A DNA stretch of 64,000 bases from Candidatus Latescibacterota bacterium. GTDB taxonomy: Bacteria; Latescibacterota; UBA2968; GCA-2709665. The translations under genes and the position numbers were made by a program. The notes under the pieces were generated by a model. That model saw nothing but the letters and a program-made list of their open reading frames with translations, was not told the origin of the DNA and made no database searches. Positions 1 through 9,972 of the stretch are shown here, one piece after another (positions within the stretch are counted from its first letter, which is position 1; each line of letters starts with the position of its first letter). The DNA is taken from the NCBI GenBank assembly GCA_965219995.1, contig CBDCOX010000002.1:3488001-3552000 (forward strand), written 5' to 3'.

Positions 1-267
1 CGCGCGGGTCAGGTGGCCGATCAGTTCAGAGCACTTTCTGACGCTCTCGCCCGTATCGGCCGTGTTGTACATGTACGACGGCCAATTCAGGTGCAATACG
101 TCCACCCTGTCGCGGTTTTCCACCAGCCACGATTCGCTCAGATCCTCGTCGTATCCGGCTTCGAGGTCTACCCCGAGTCCGGCCATCGCCCTCGCGAGCA
201 AGGGTCCATAGGGATTGTTCCCTTCGAACCCGAGACCCGCCTTCCCCCAATAGAACACCACCCGCAT
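1..267 (-). CDS. Probable GT4-family glycosyltransferase, N-terminal part (runs off window start)
   Basis: Manual translation, not in the ORF track: MRVVFYWGKAGLGFEGNNPYGPLLARAM...DVLHLNWPSYMY; GGAGA RBS upstream; NPY and DVLHLxW motifs resemble GT4 N-termini. Confidence 0.55.
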   Translation of the reverse strand, partial: MRVVFYWGKAGLGFEGNNPYGPLLARAMAGLGVDLEAGYDEDLSESWLVENRDRVDVLHLNWPSYMYNTADTGESVRKCSELIGHLTRA

Positions 268-331
268 ACGTGTCTCCGTGTGAGCCGAATCTCTTCCCTG
301 ACAGCGACGTCGGGAACCGGACGCTACTCCC

Positions 332-2290
332 CTACAACAACATCCTCGTAACGCTCCGGCTCCACTGTTTCTGAAAGTACAGGTCTCCGTTCAAATATAC
401 GTTCAGTCCCAGGTTCATCACAAAACAATCCTCGTTGCTCGTAAGCGAACCGGTCGCTTCGGAACGCACGTCGCACCCCGGCCACGCCACCGTCGCCTGC
501 TTTTTCGAACGGGCCCAGGCCTCCGCCGGCGCCCGGTTCGACACGCCCATCTCACCTTCTCCACCGAAGAGAATGAAACGGTACCTGTCTTCCAGCACAT
601 CGTGTACCACCTGCCACGGCGCGTCGCCGGACCCTGTGGGTCTTGCCGCATGGGGCGAAGAAGAAAACGCGAACGCCGGATCCGCACCGCCGTTCCAAAC
701 CGGCAACTCGATCCTCGACGGAAATTCCGGTCCCCAGTGTACCGTGATTCGACCGGCCCGGGGCGTAGGCCAGACGTTCGGGAAATCGGATCCGTTGACG
801 CTGATCCCCATCCGGAATCCCTCCCGGAATCGCCACGCTGTCGCTTCCATATGAAACGCAACCCGGGCGATCTCGCCCGGAACCAGCGGGACGGCACGAT
901 CCATTCCCTCCCGCCGGGTCGAGTTCAGTATCCCTTTTGTCACGAGCACGCTGGACCCATCCGGCGCAATCTCCAATAACCGTACCGCTACGGGTACCAC
1001 GTCCACGTCAGAACTGATATACAGGCTGAATTTCGGGGACCCCAGGATCGACACCGGCTTCGCAAGGGGATGTGACGCAAAGTTGATCGCTCGCGCCGAA
1101 TCCACCCGCTGGTCTCCCGGCAGCGTAAAGGGCGTCCCGCCGTCCCACAACCCCCCGTTTCGACACGCAGCCGGCAGGTAATCTTCGGAAGCATCGCCCG
1201 CTTCGGCAGCGGGACCTTCGGAAAGTGCTCTGCCGTGAAGAAAGTACGACCGGGGCGGCTGCCGCGGCAGATCGGCGGCCATCCGCCATTCCCCGGCAAT
1301 GATAGTGCGATCTGTCACCGGCTCCTCATATTCACGCTGGTATAACTGTACTTGCGGCTCTTCCGTAACTCCGTTATCCATCTGCTTCAACCAGCGGTCC
1401 CACCAGCGCAACAGTTCGTAGAAAATGTCGATACGGGGTCCGCAGTGCGACTGGTCTCCGTAAGCGTGGGACCACGGCCCCATCAGCAGACGCTTGGGGG
1501 CGTCCAACGCGCGGTACACCCGCAACGGCGGCGTCGGGTATCCGTCGTTCCAGCCGCCGATCAGCAGGGCCGCGGCCCGAATTCGATCGTATCGTCCTGC
1601 AATCGATCCCACCGCCCAATAGTCATCCTCCACCTGGTGGGAGATCCACTTCAGGAGGTACGGCTCGCTCTCTTCGAGCCGCTGCCGCCAGATTTCGCTC
1701 CACCGCTCGCCGACGGCCTCGCGGAACGGGGGCAGCCCGTTGCGCGCCACCATGTTCAGGCCGTAGGTCAGCATGTCGTAAAACCCGCGAAGACATCCGC
1801 CCTTGTAATGACAGTCGTCCGTATACCTTCTGTCCGTAAAATACGCCGGCGCGATCGCTTTCAGCGCAGGGGGGGCCGTGGCCGCAACCTGGAGCGTCGT
1901 GAATCCGCTATAGGACGTCCCCAGCATACCCACGCTGCCATTGCACCACGGCTGGTCCGCCAGCCAGGCGATGGCATCGTACCCGTCCCGCGTTTCCTCC
2001 ACCATATATTCGTCCTTGCTCACGCCCTCCGAATTGCCCGTCCCCCGTGCGTTCAGATAGACGAACGCATATCCCCGCTCGGCGAAATACCGGGCCATGG
2101 ACCCTGTCGTTCCGTCGGATCCGCTGCGATACGGGTCGTACCACACCAGCGCGGGAAACGCGCTATCGGACACCGGCCGGGTGATCGCCGCGCCCAGCGT
2201 GATTCCGTCGCGTGTTGGAATTCGATATCGATTGCTCGTGCGGAACCCGTACTCAGCCGGGGAACAGATTTGCCTCTTCGAGATGTCCAC
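332..2290 (-). CDS. CocE/NonD family (peptidase S15) hydrolase
   Basis: RGTGNSEG motif, nucleophile elbow GTSYSG, GGWNDGY, GPWSH and PepX-type C-terminal domain. Confidence 0.9.
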   Translation of the reverse strand: MDISKRQICSPAEYGFRTSNRYRIPTRDGITLGAAITRPVSDSAFPALVWYDPYRSGSDGTTGSMARYFAERGYAFVYLNARGTGNSEGVSKDEYMVEETRDGYDAIAWLADQPWCNGSVGMLGTSYSGFTTLQVAATAPPALKAIAPAYFTDRRYTDDCHYKGGCLRGFYDMLTYGLNMVARNGLPPFREAVGERWSEIWRQRLEESEPYLLKWISHQVEDDYWAVGSIAGRYDRIRAAALLIGGWNDGYPTPPLRVYRALDAPKRLLMGPWSHAYGDQSHCGPRIDIFYELLRWWDRWLKQMDNGVTEEPQVQLYQREYEEPVTDRTIIAGEWRMAADLPRQPPRSYFLHGRALSEGPAAEAGDASEDYLPAACRNGGLWDGGTPFTLPGDQRVDSARAINFASHPLAKPVSILGSPKFSLYISSDVDVVPVAVRLLEIAPDGSSVLVTKGILNSTRREGMDRAVPLVPGEIARVAFHMEATAWRFREGFRMGISVNGSDFPNVWPTPRAGRITVHWGPEFPSRIELPVWNGGADPAFAFSSSPHAARPTGSGDAPWQVVHDVLEDRYRFILFGGEGEMGVSNRAPAEAWARSKKQATVAWPGCDVRSEATGSLTSNEDCFVMNLGLNVYLNGDLYFQKQWSRSVTRMLL

Positions 2291-2364
2291 CGGTCATTCC
2301 TCACCTTTGTGTTGACAGCGACATCGGGATTCGTTACCTAAGTTCCTTCAAATCTTAGACCGAG

Positions 2365-2489
2365 TTTAACATGGATGGACAGGATGGACAGGATGAAAAC
2401 AAAAAGGCGCGAGAAAAACGCGACAACGGCACGAGAATACGAGCAACAGCAGCAAATCGATTTACCATAGACCGGACGTCGTCATTCCG
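2365..2489. repeat. Dispersed intergenic repeat A, copy 1
   Basis: Begins ACATGGATGGACAGGATGGACAGGATGAA; aligns by eye with 45634-45745 through GTCATTCCG. Confidence 0.75.
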
Positions 2490-2692
2490 GTCAGCCGGTT
2501 CTCATGGATAATTCAGGCAGACAACAGATCCCAGTTTTGGCGATTTTTTCAAGCCAAATGCGGCATGGTTCAGTCAGCAACAACGGCCAAACCCATCGTT
2601 AACGAAAATTACAACCGTTAACATCACGGTCCCGTGGCTTCGACATACTCAGACGACGAGTGATCCGTCAATTCTCTCTGGTTGGAGACACC

Positions 2693-4522
2693 ATGCGTTA
2701 CAGAAGCCTGCGCCACTGCGTCCAGGACCTGGAAAAACAAGGCCACGTCGTCCGCATTCCGGGTGAAGTCGATCCGGATCTCGAAATGGCCGAAATTCAC
2801 CGCCGCGTGTATCAGTCACGCGGTCCCGCCGTGTTTTACGAGAACGTCAAGGGCAGTGCTTTTCCGGCCGTGTCGAACCTCTTCGGCACCCTGGAACGGT
2901 CCCGCTTCATCTTCCGTTCCACGCTGAAGTGGGTCAGGCGTCTTATCGAGATCAAGGCCGATCCACCGGCCTATCTGAAGGCGCCGTGGAAAGCCGCGGG
3001 TATCGCGAGCATCGCCCTGAACATCCCGCCCCGAAAGGTCCGGTCCGGTCCCGTATTTGAACATACAACCACAATCGCCCGCCTCCCGCAGATCAGGTGC
3101 TGGCCGGACGACGGCGGCGCTTTTATCCTGCTTCCCCAGGTGCACACGGAAGATCCGATGAGTCCCGGTATCCTCAATTCCAACCTCGGGATGTACCGCA
3201 TCCAGATGTCCGGCAACCGGTATGAACCCGACACAGAGGTCGGGCTGCACTACCAGATCCGGCGGGATATCGGCATCCACCATACAAATGCCATTGCAAA
3301 GGGCGAGCCGCTTCGCGTCAGCGTCTTCGTCGGCGGACCGCCCGCCCACACGTTCGCGGCGGTCATGCCCCTTCCCGAGGGCCTGCCCGAAGTCGCGTTC
3401 GCGGGAGGGCTGGCCGGCCGTCGTTTCCGCTATGCACTAAAAAACGGCTTCACCGTTTCCGCCGAAGCCGATTTCTGCATCACGGGCGCAGTCAATCCCG
3501 GCGAAACCCTTCCCGAAGGCCCTTTCGGCGACCACCTGGGATATTACAGCCTGGCGCACGAGTTTCCCGTGCTGCGCGTCGACACCGTCTATCACCGCAA
3601 GGACGCGGTCTGGCCCTTCACCGTTGTGGGTCGCCCGCCCCAGGAAGACACCGCGTTCGGCGAACTCATTCACGAATTGACGGGCCCGATGGTCCCTGTC
3701 GAATTGCCCGGCCTCAAGGCCATCAACGCCGTCGACGCCGCCGGCGTGCATCCCCTGCTCCTGGCCATCGGCAGCGAGCGTTACGTGCCCTATCGCGAAC
3801 GGGAACCCCAGGAGATCCTCACCATTGCCAACGCGCTGCTGGGATTCGGCGCGTGCTCGCTCGCCAAGTATCTGCTGATCGTTGCGGGCGAAGACAATCC
3901 GCAACTCGACATTCACGACATCGCGGACTTTCTACGGCATCTCCTCGAACGCGTGGACTGGACTCGCGACCTCCATTTTCAGACCCGCACGACCATCGAT
4001 ACCCTGGACTATTCCGGCACCGGGCTGAACGAAGGTTCTAAGGTCGTGATCGCCGCGGCGGGCCCCAAAAAGCGGGAACTTCCCACCGAAATCCCACGCA
4101 ACCTGGTCCTGCCTTCAGAGCTGAAAAATCCGAGAGTCGCGCTTCCGGGAATCCTGGCCGTCGAAGCGACCACCTTCAGGGCGCCATCCGACGCGGAAGC
4201 GGCGGGGCGACTGGCAACCGCGCTGGAATCCGTGGATCAGATCCGGGGATTTCCGCTGATTCTACTCGTGGACGACGCCGACTTCACCGCGCGGACGCTG
4301 AACAATCTCCTGTGGGTCACGTTTACCCGGTCCAACCCCTCGCACGACGTTTACGGCATTGGGAGTTTCATCGAAAACAAACACTGGGGCTGTCACGGTC
4401 CGCTGATCATCGACGCCCGCCTCAAGCCCCACCACGCGCCGCCTCTCGTTGAAGACCCCGGCGTCACCCGCAAAGTCGACCGCCTGGGCGAGCGCAACGG
4501 CCCCCTGCACGGCATTATCTGA
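2693..4522 (+). CDS. UbiD family decarboxylase
   Basis: NLGMYRIQ, EGPFGDHLGYY and VVGRPPQED motifs; ATG 2693 with GGAGA RBS. Confidence 0.9.
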   Translation: MRYRSLRHCVQDLEKQGHVVRIPGEVDPDLEMAEIHRRVYQSRGPAVFYENVKGSAFPAVSNLFGTLERSRFIFRSTLKWVRRLIEIKADPPAYLKAPWKAAGIASIALNIPPRKVRSGPVFEHTTTIARLPQIRCWPDDGGAFILLPQVHTEDPMSPGILNSNLGMYRIQMSGNRYEPDTEVGLHYQIRRDIGIHHTNAIAKGEPLRVSVFVGGPPAHTFAAVMPLPEGLPEVAFAGGLAGRRFRYALKNGFTVSAEADFCITGAVNPGETLPEGPFGDHLGYYSLAHEFPVLRVDTVYHRKDAVWPFTVVGRPPQEDTAFGELIHELTGPMVPVELPGLKAINAVDAAGVHPLLLAIGSERYVPYREREPQEILTIANALLGFGACSLAKYLLIVAGEDNPQLDIHDIADFLRHLLERVDWTRDLHFQTRTTIDTLDYSGTGLNEGSKVVIAAAGPKKRELPTEIPRNLVLPSELKNPRVALPGILAVEATTFRAPSDAEAAGRLATALESVDQIRGFPLILLVDDADFTARTLNNLLWVTFTRSNPSHDVYGIGSFIENKHWGCHGPLIIDARLKPHHAPPLVEDPGVTRKVDRLGERNGPLHGII

Positions 4523-4528
4523 AGCACA

Positions 4529-5962
4529 TCAATAAAGGTCGTCCGCCGTTGTTGTCGCACACCACCGTGCGGTAAACAACGCGCCCAGCAACGCCTCCCG
4601 GGCCCTGGGCGTACCGATGCGCCTCAAGGCCAGCCCCGCGTAAAACCGGTTGTAGCGGTTCTCGTCCAGCAGGATGTCGACGAGGTCGCCCACCGCCGGG
4701 TCTCCCGCCTCACCGAGATTGCAAAGCAACAGGGCCGCGTTGCGCCGTACCCGGTAGTCGGGATCCTTTACCGACCGGAACACCGCCTGCAGGACGTCCC
4801 CGGAATCCGCCCCGATCGCGCGCAACGCTTCGAGCGCATTGCGACGCACCCACCAGTGGTCGTCGCCGACCTTCTCGAGAAGGCCGGACACCGCTTCTTG
4901 AGCGACCGGGCCCGTGCGGGCGAGCACGTCCGCCGCCATCGCACGAATCCACCAGTGATCGTCCTCGAGCACCTCCAGCAGCGCGGGTACAGCCGGCGCG
5001 CCCATGGTCGACAATGCGCGAGCGGCCGCCCCGGGCGTGGGATTGGTCCCGTGAGCGTTGTCCGCCGTCGTAGCCGTCGTTTCCTCGACCGCAGCGAGTG
5101 TCTCTCTGCGCATCGCGTCGACCAGAACAGGGATCGATGCCCTGTCACTTGCCAGCGCATACGCTGTATTGATACGCACGCACTCGTCCTCGTCGAACAG
5201 CCCGGCTTCCTTTACATCCCCGTTCGCGTCCGCACGCCCGTTGGCGCCCTGCCCCTGCAACCAGCGCCACACATCCTGCGATGCGGCCGGATTGGCGTCG
5301 TCGCGGGGAGGCGTCCAGGCCTGCTCCTGAAGATTCCAGTTGGGCGCACGCGGCGACGTCATACGAGTGAACTGGAATTTCAACATATAACGTTTGTTGT
5401 CGCTCACATTGGGCGTTGCCCGGTGCCAGGAGTCGAAATGCATCAACGTCACAATCCCGGCATCGCCGCAAATGGCATACCCGGGCTCGCGGGTTTCGTC
5501 CGGGTTGGGGTCTGAAATGGTCTTATAGTTCTGCATGCGCGGAATCACACCCGACGGACCCATATCTATCGTGGTGTCCTGCGGATAATAGAAGGCCAGC
5601 ACCCACTGAAAACGTGGATGTCGGATATTGTGGTCGAAGACGTAACAGTCCTTGTGCCAACTCTGCCCGCCGCTTCCCGGCGGATTCAAGTGGCAGTGCC
5701 GGTGCGGATTCATGATATAGTCGGGTCCGAGAAGACTCGTCAATGCGCCGCGCACGACGGGCTGATCGAACACCTTCTGGATTCGGGGTACCCGCGGCAG
5801 AATATTGTTCCCGACGTTGCCTTCCTTTTCGAATACGGTCTCGATCTCATCGTAGATCTTACCGTGCATGTCGGGGATCGCATCGGTCTGTACAGTAATG
5901 TACCCATCCAGAATAAAGCGCTGTATCTGGGCATCCGTCAGAAGATGATTGTCCTGCGCCAT
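4529..5962 (-). CDS. Phytanoyl-CoA dioxygenase (PhyH) domain fused to HEAT/PBS-lyase repeats
   Basis: LTDAQIQRFILDGY, WHKD and WHRA iron-triad motifs; C-terminal HWWVRRNA / DYRVRRNAA repeats; AAGGAGG RBS. Confidence 0.8.
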   Translation of the reverse strand: MAQDNHLLTDAQIQRFILDGYITVQTDAIPDMHGKIYDEIETVFEKEGNVGNNILPRVPRIQKVFDQPVVRGALTSLLGPDYIMNPHRHCHLNPPGSGGQSWHKDCYVFDHNIRHPRFQWVLAFYYPQDTTIDMGPSGVIPRMQNYKTISDPNPDETREPGYAICGDAGIVTLMHFDSWHRATPNVSDNKRYMLKFQFTRMTSPRAPNWNLQEQAWTPPRDDANPAASQDVWRWLQGQGANGRADANGDVKEAGLFDEDECVRINTAYALASDRASIPVLVDAMRRETLAAVEETTATTADNAHGTNPTPGAAARALSTMGAPAVPALLEVLEDDHWWIRAMAADVLARTGPVAQEAVSGLLEKVGDDHWWVRRNALEALRAIGADSGDVLQAVFRSVKDPDYRVRRNAALLLCNLGEAGDPAVGDLVDILLDENRYNRFYAGLALRRIGTPRAREALLGALFTARWCATTTADDLY

Positions 5963-5988
5963 TGCTCGACCTCCTTGTACGTCGGCGT

Positions 5989-7836
5989 TCACCGCGTTGC
6001 CGCGGACCCCGTTGCCCGTGCCATATTCACCGCCTCTACGACCTGCTCAACCGTATAGAAGTCGCTCTTGAACACCTCATGCCCGCCGGACGTATAGATG
6101 ACAAGCAGCGGGATGGTCAACCGGCCGGTATCTCTCAGCTTTTCCTTGCCGACCGGGTTATTGCCGGTTATATCCACCTTGACGGGCGCCACGTCGGGTC
6201 GAGCCAGCACCGTCGCCACTTCAGGACTTTGCAGCACGTTGTGCTCGAGCACTTTGCAGTTCAGGCACCACTCCGCGGTGAAATCCATCACCACAACCTT
6301 GCCATCCTCCAGCGCCTCTTCGAACCGCGCGGGCGTATAGTAAATCCAGTCGATCGGTCCTTTGTCCGTAAACCGCACGGCGCCGATTGCGGAGAACACG
6401 ACGAGTGCCGCGCCAAGACACCCGAAGACCGCCCTTCGTCCGGTCCGGGCGGTGATCTGAAGCGTACCGTAAACCAGCCAGAAGCCGGCGGCAGCGCCAA
6501 ATGCCATTACGGGCCACCAGTATCCCGTGCCCGGAGGGTCCGGAGGCGTGACGACAAGCGCGCTAAGCCCCACGCCCACGAAATAGGCCGCCGCCGCCAG
6601 CATCAACAGCCCCATCACCTGCTTGATCAACTCGCTTGCCGGGCCCGTACGGGGCATCCGGTCCACCAGCGCGGGAAAGATGGACAATGCCAGGTACGGC
6701 GCGGCCATCCCGCCGCCGATCGCGGCGAACGTGAGCAGCGTCGTCCCGGGATACTGCGTGGCTGCCCACGCCGCCGCGGCGCCCATAAACGGCGCGGTGC
6801 ACGGGGTGGAAAGCACCGCCGTCATGATGCCGAAACCGAACGAACCCGCCAGGCTGTCGTGTCCGGGGTTGAACCGGTAGACAGCCTGCGGCAAACGGAC
6901 ATAGAACAGCCCGCACATGCCAACCGCCATGGCGGCAATAATCAGCCCGACCAGAATCGTGAACATCGGATACTGGAAAAGCTGGTTGGTCGCCGTAAAT
7001 CCGCTGATGCCGGCAATCATCGTCCCAAGCGCCAGCCAGAAGGCCACGACGCCCAGAGACATGGTGGTCCCCAGCACGAGACGCCGGGTTGGGTTGTCCG
7101 CGGACTGCGCCAGGCCGATGATCTTGATGGGGATGACAGGAAGCACGCAGGGCGTCAGATTCAGCAACCCGCCGCCGAACGCGGCCACGATGAGAAGCAG
7201 AATCAGACCTGCCCCGGACGACGTATCGATCAGGAACGTCCAGCCGAACAGATCGAAACGCACCCCGGTTCCGGCCGTCCCGGCGTCCGCCGACTCGTAA
7301 TCTTCGAACAACGTGGAATTCATACGGTTTACGTGCTTTCCCGCGCCAACGACAGGCAGCGCCGCCTCCAGTACAACCGTATTCGGAATAAAGCAGGTAA
7401 ATTCATCGCACGCCTGGTACTCGACCTCGAGTTTAAGCCGCTGCGATCCCGGCGGCACCTCCTCGCCCACCTTTATGGGAAGGTAAAAAACCGTCTGACC
7501 CTCGTACACCATGAGATCGCCGTCGGCATAGTCTGCCTGTATCGGATGGGGCTTCGGAAAGCGAACGGCTTCCAGCGTCAGCCCGTCTGCCGCCTCCAGG
7601 ATTCGAACGTCGGAAGGATACGGTTCGAAATCGCCGACAGCCAGCGCCTGCGCCGGATCGGGGTTGATATGAAACCCATCGTCAATATCCACCACGATGG
7701 CCAGCGCCACGAGGTCGCCCGGGCGCGCAGCGTCGACCGGCCAGGCCGTGCTTACCCTGACCTTTTCCTGGGCCGATACGGGTGGATTTGCGAAAAAAAG
7801 TGCAAACGCCAGGGCAATCAAAGACGATTTTTGCAT
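5989..7836 (-). CDS. dsbD: Thiol:disulfide interchange protein DsbD-like
   Basis: Signal peptide, alpha-domain YQACDEFTC, transmembrane LTPCVLP and STPCTAP, thioredoxin WCLNC. Confidence 0.85.
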   Translation of the reverse strand: MQKSSLIALAFALFFANPPVSAQEKVRVSTAWPVDAARPGDLVALAIVVDIDDGFHINPDPAQALAVGDFEPYPSDVRILEAADGLTLEAVRFPKPHPIQADYADGDLMVYEGQTVFYLPIKVGEEVPPGSQRLKLEVEYQACDEFTCFIPNTVVLEAALPVVGAGKHVNRMNSTLFEDYESADAGTAGTGVRFDLFGWTFLIDTSSGAGLILLLIVAAFGGGLLNLTPCVLPVIPIKIIGLAQSADNPTRRLVLGTTMSLGVVAFWLALGTMIAGISGFTATNQLFQYPMFTILVGLIIAAMAVGMCGLFYVRLPQAVYRFNPGHDSLAGSFGFGIMTAVLSTPCTAPFMGAAAAWAATQYPGTTLLTFAAIGGGMAAPYLALSIFPALVDRMPRTGPASELIKQVMGLLMLAAAAYFVGVGLSALVVTPPDPPGTGYWWPVMAFGAAAGFWLVYGTLQITARTGRRAVFGCLGAALVVFSAIGAVRFTDKGPIDWIYYTPARFEEALEDGKVVVMDFTAEWCLNCKVLEHNVLQSPEVATVLARPDVAPVKVDITGNNPVGKEKLRDTGRLTIPLLVIYTSGGHEVFKSDFYTVEQVVEAVNMARATGSAATR

Positions 7837-7957
7837 AGGTGAACACTCCTCAAGGCTACATCGTTCCGCACGGCTTCTCCTTCGGGGTAAAGAAACGAAA
7901 AGTGGTCCGGATGGCAACGCTTTTTTCTTTACAAACAACGCGTGTGGGCCTTAATTT

Positions 7958-8587
7958 ATGCCGAAAAATCGCCTTCCAGGCGGTCATGCCGTGCGAGTCC
8001 GATTGAATGTTCCGAACCGCATCCGGAGAATCCCTTCCTTGCGTTTCCTTCGCGCCTACATTGGCTTTGCGAACCGGTTGAACGAACGCATTGGCGTTGC
8101 CGTATCGTGGCTTACGACGGTTCTGGTGGCTGTTGTCTGCTACGACGTGTTTACTCGGTATCTGCTGAAAAGCAGCCTGGTCGCGGTGCAGGAACTGCAA
8201 TGGCACCTGTTTGCGGTCATTTTCCTGATCGGCGCGGCCTATACCCTGAAACATGGCAAACATGTGCGCGTGGACGTCTTCTACAACCGCTTCTCGGCGA
8301 AAACCAGGGCATGGGTGGACTTCGCCGGGAGCCTGCTCTTTCTCATCCCCTTCTGCCTGGTCGCCATCTGGTGTTCCCACACGTTTGTCATGAACGCATT
8401 CGTTATCGGTGAAGGGTCGCCCGATCCCGGCGGACTACCGGCGCGGTTCATCCTCAAAGCCGCCATTCCCGCGGGCTTTTTTCTGCTGACCTTACAGGGT
8501 ATCGCGCTGGCATTCGGTTCCCTGATGAAGGTTGCCGGCAGCGAAGCGATCGATCCGGAAACCCAACCGCAGGGAGCGGACGCATGA
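7958..8587 (+). CDS. TRAP transporter small permease (DctQ)
   Basis: Four TM helices, ELQWHLFA, HVRVDVFY, EGSPDPGGL; start codon uncertain. Confidence 0.85.
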   Translation: MPKNRLPGGHAVRVRLNVPNRIRRIPSLRFLRAYIGFANRLNERIGVAVSWLTTVLVAVVCYDVFTRYLLKSSLVAVQELQWHLFAVIFLIGAAYTLKHGKHVRVDVFYNRFSAKTRAWVDFAGSLLFLIPFCLVAIWCSHTFVMNAFVIGEGSPDPGGLPARFILKAAIPAGFFLLTLQGIALAFGSLMKVAGSEAIDPETQPQGADA

Positions 8588-9903
8588 TCGAAGCCATGCC
8601 GCTTATCCTGTTCGGGGTCCTGTTTGTGCTGCTCCTGTTCGGCTTTCCCGTCGCATTCACGCTGGGCGGCGTTTCATTCATCCTGGGTTATCTCACGTTC
8701 GGCATCGACTTTTTCAACCTGCTGCCGCTGCGCATCTGGGGGGTGATGACCAATTACGTGCTCATCGCGGTCCCTCTGTTCGTCTATATGGGCGTCATGC
8801 TTGAGAAATCGGGGCTTGCCGAGGAACTGCTGGAAACCATGGCGCTGCTCTTCGGCAAGTTGCGCGGCGGTCTTGCCGTTTCCGTGATTGTCGTGGGCGC
8901 CCTGCTGGGTGCATCCACAGGCATTGTAGGGGCTACCGTCGTCACCATGGGCCTCCTGAGCCTGCCCACCATGCTCAGACGCGGTTACCGCACCGAACTC
9001 GCCACCGGGATCATCTCAGCATCCGGTACGCTGGGCCAGATCATCCCGCCCAGCATCGTCCTGGTGCTTCTGGGCAGCATCCTGAATATATCCATCGGCG
9101 ACATGTTCATCGCCGCCGTGATTCCAGGTCTCTGTCTCGTGGGTCTCTACCTGACCTGGATCGTGATTGTCGCCTTCACAAGGCCGGACTCCGCGCCTGC
9201 GATGCCCAGAGAGGACCTGGACCGGTTTGTGGGCGCCGTCAGGATCAAACAGACCATTCACGCCTTCCTGCTGCCAGGACTGCTGATAACGGCCGTCCTG
9301 GGATCCATCTTCGCCGGTGTCGCGTCTCCCACCGAAGCCGCCGCGGTGGGCGCCCTGGGCGCAACCGTGCTCACTCTGTGCAAGCGCAAGCTTTCCCTCG
9401 AAACCCTCAAGTCCGTCATGGCCGAGACCACCCACCTCACCTGCATGGTCTTCATCATCCTGGTTGGCGCCACTGCCTTCGGCCTTGTTTTCAGGGGACT
9501 GCACGGCGACGCGTATCTCACCCGATTGATCGTGGAAGCCGACCCGGGGCCACACGTTTTCCTCGCGCTCGTTATGGTCGTTATTTTTATCGCCGGATTC
9601 TTTATAGATTTCATCGAGATCACGTTCATCATCGTTCCGGTTGTCGCGCCGATCTTCTCGCACCTTGGCGTGGACCTCCTCTGGGTGGGCATCCTCATCG
9701 CGATGAACCTGCAGACGTCTTTCCTGACGCCGCCATTCGGATTCTCCCTCTTCTATTTGAAAGGCGTCGCGCCGCCCGAGGTTCAGACGGGCCACATCTA
9801 TCGCGGCATCATCCCCTTTATCATCGTGCAACTCATCGGCCTTACGCTGGTCATCGCCTTTCCCGAAGTGGCCACGTGGCTGCCCCGGTACCTGGCGTCG
9901 TGA
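8584..9903 (+). CDS. TRAP transporter large permease (DctM)
   Basis: ASGTLGQIIPPS and NLQTSFLTPPFG motifs; overlaps the dctQ stop. Confidence 0.92.
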   Translation: MIEAMPLILFGVLFVLLLFGFPVAFTLGGVSFILGYLTFGIDFFNLLPLRIWGVMTNYVLIAVPLFVYMGVMLEKSGLAEELLETMALLFGKLRGGLAVSVIVVGALLGASTGIVGATVVTMGLLSLPTMLRRGYRTELATGIISASGTLGQIIPPSIVLVLLGSILNISIGDMFIAAVIPGLCLVGLYLTWIVIVAFTRPDSAPAMPREDLDRFVGAVRIKQTIHAFLLPGLLITAVLGSIFAGVASPTEAAAVGALGATVLTLCKRKLSLETLKSVMAETTHLTCMVFIILVGATAFGLVFRGLHGDAYLTRLIVEADPGPHVFLALVMVVIFIAGFFIDFIEITFIIVPVVAPIFSHLGVDLLWVGILIAMNLQTSFLTPPFGFSLFYLKGVAPPEVQTGHIYRGIIPFIIVQLIGLTLVIAFPEVATWLPRYLAS

Positions 9904-9906
9904 TCG

Positions 9907-9945
9907 AAAACAAAAAACAGGGACGCGTCTCTAACGCATCCCTGT
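9907..9945 (-). terminator. Intrinsic terminator between convergent dctM and dctP
   Basis: Minus strand ACAGGGATGCGT-TAGAG-ACGCGTCCCTGT followed by a T-rich run. Confidence 0.65.
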
Positions 9946-9972
9946 CTGGCAAGACTGCCGTGTTCAAATCCG

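Noticed and set aside
5962-7842. 626-aa plus-strand ORF, and similar long antisense ORFs (1352-2341, 12213-13451, 54616-55953, 59190-60212)
   Set aside because: Antisense to well-supported genes in GC-rich DNA, with no recognisable motifs.
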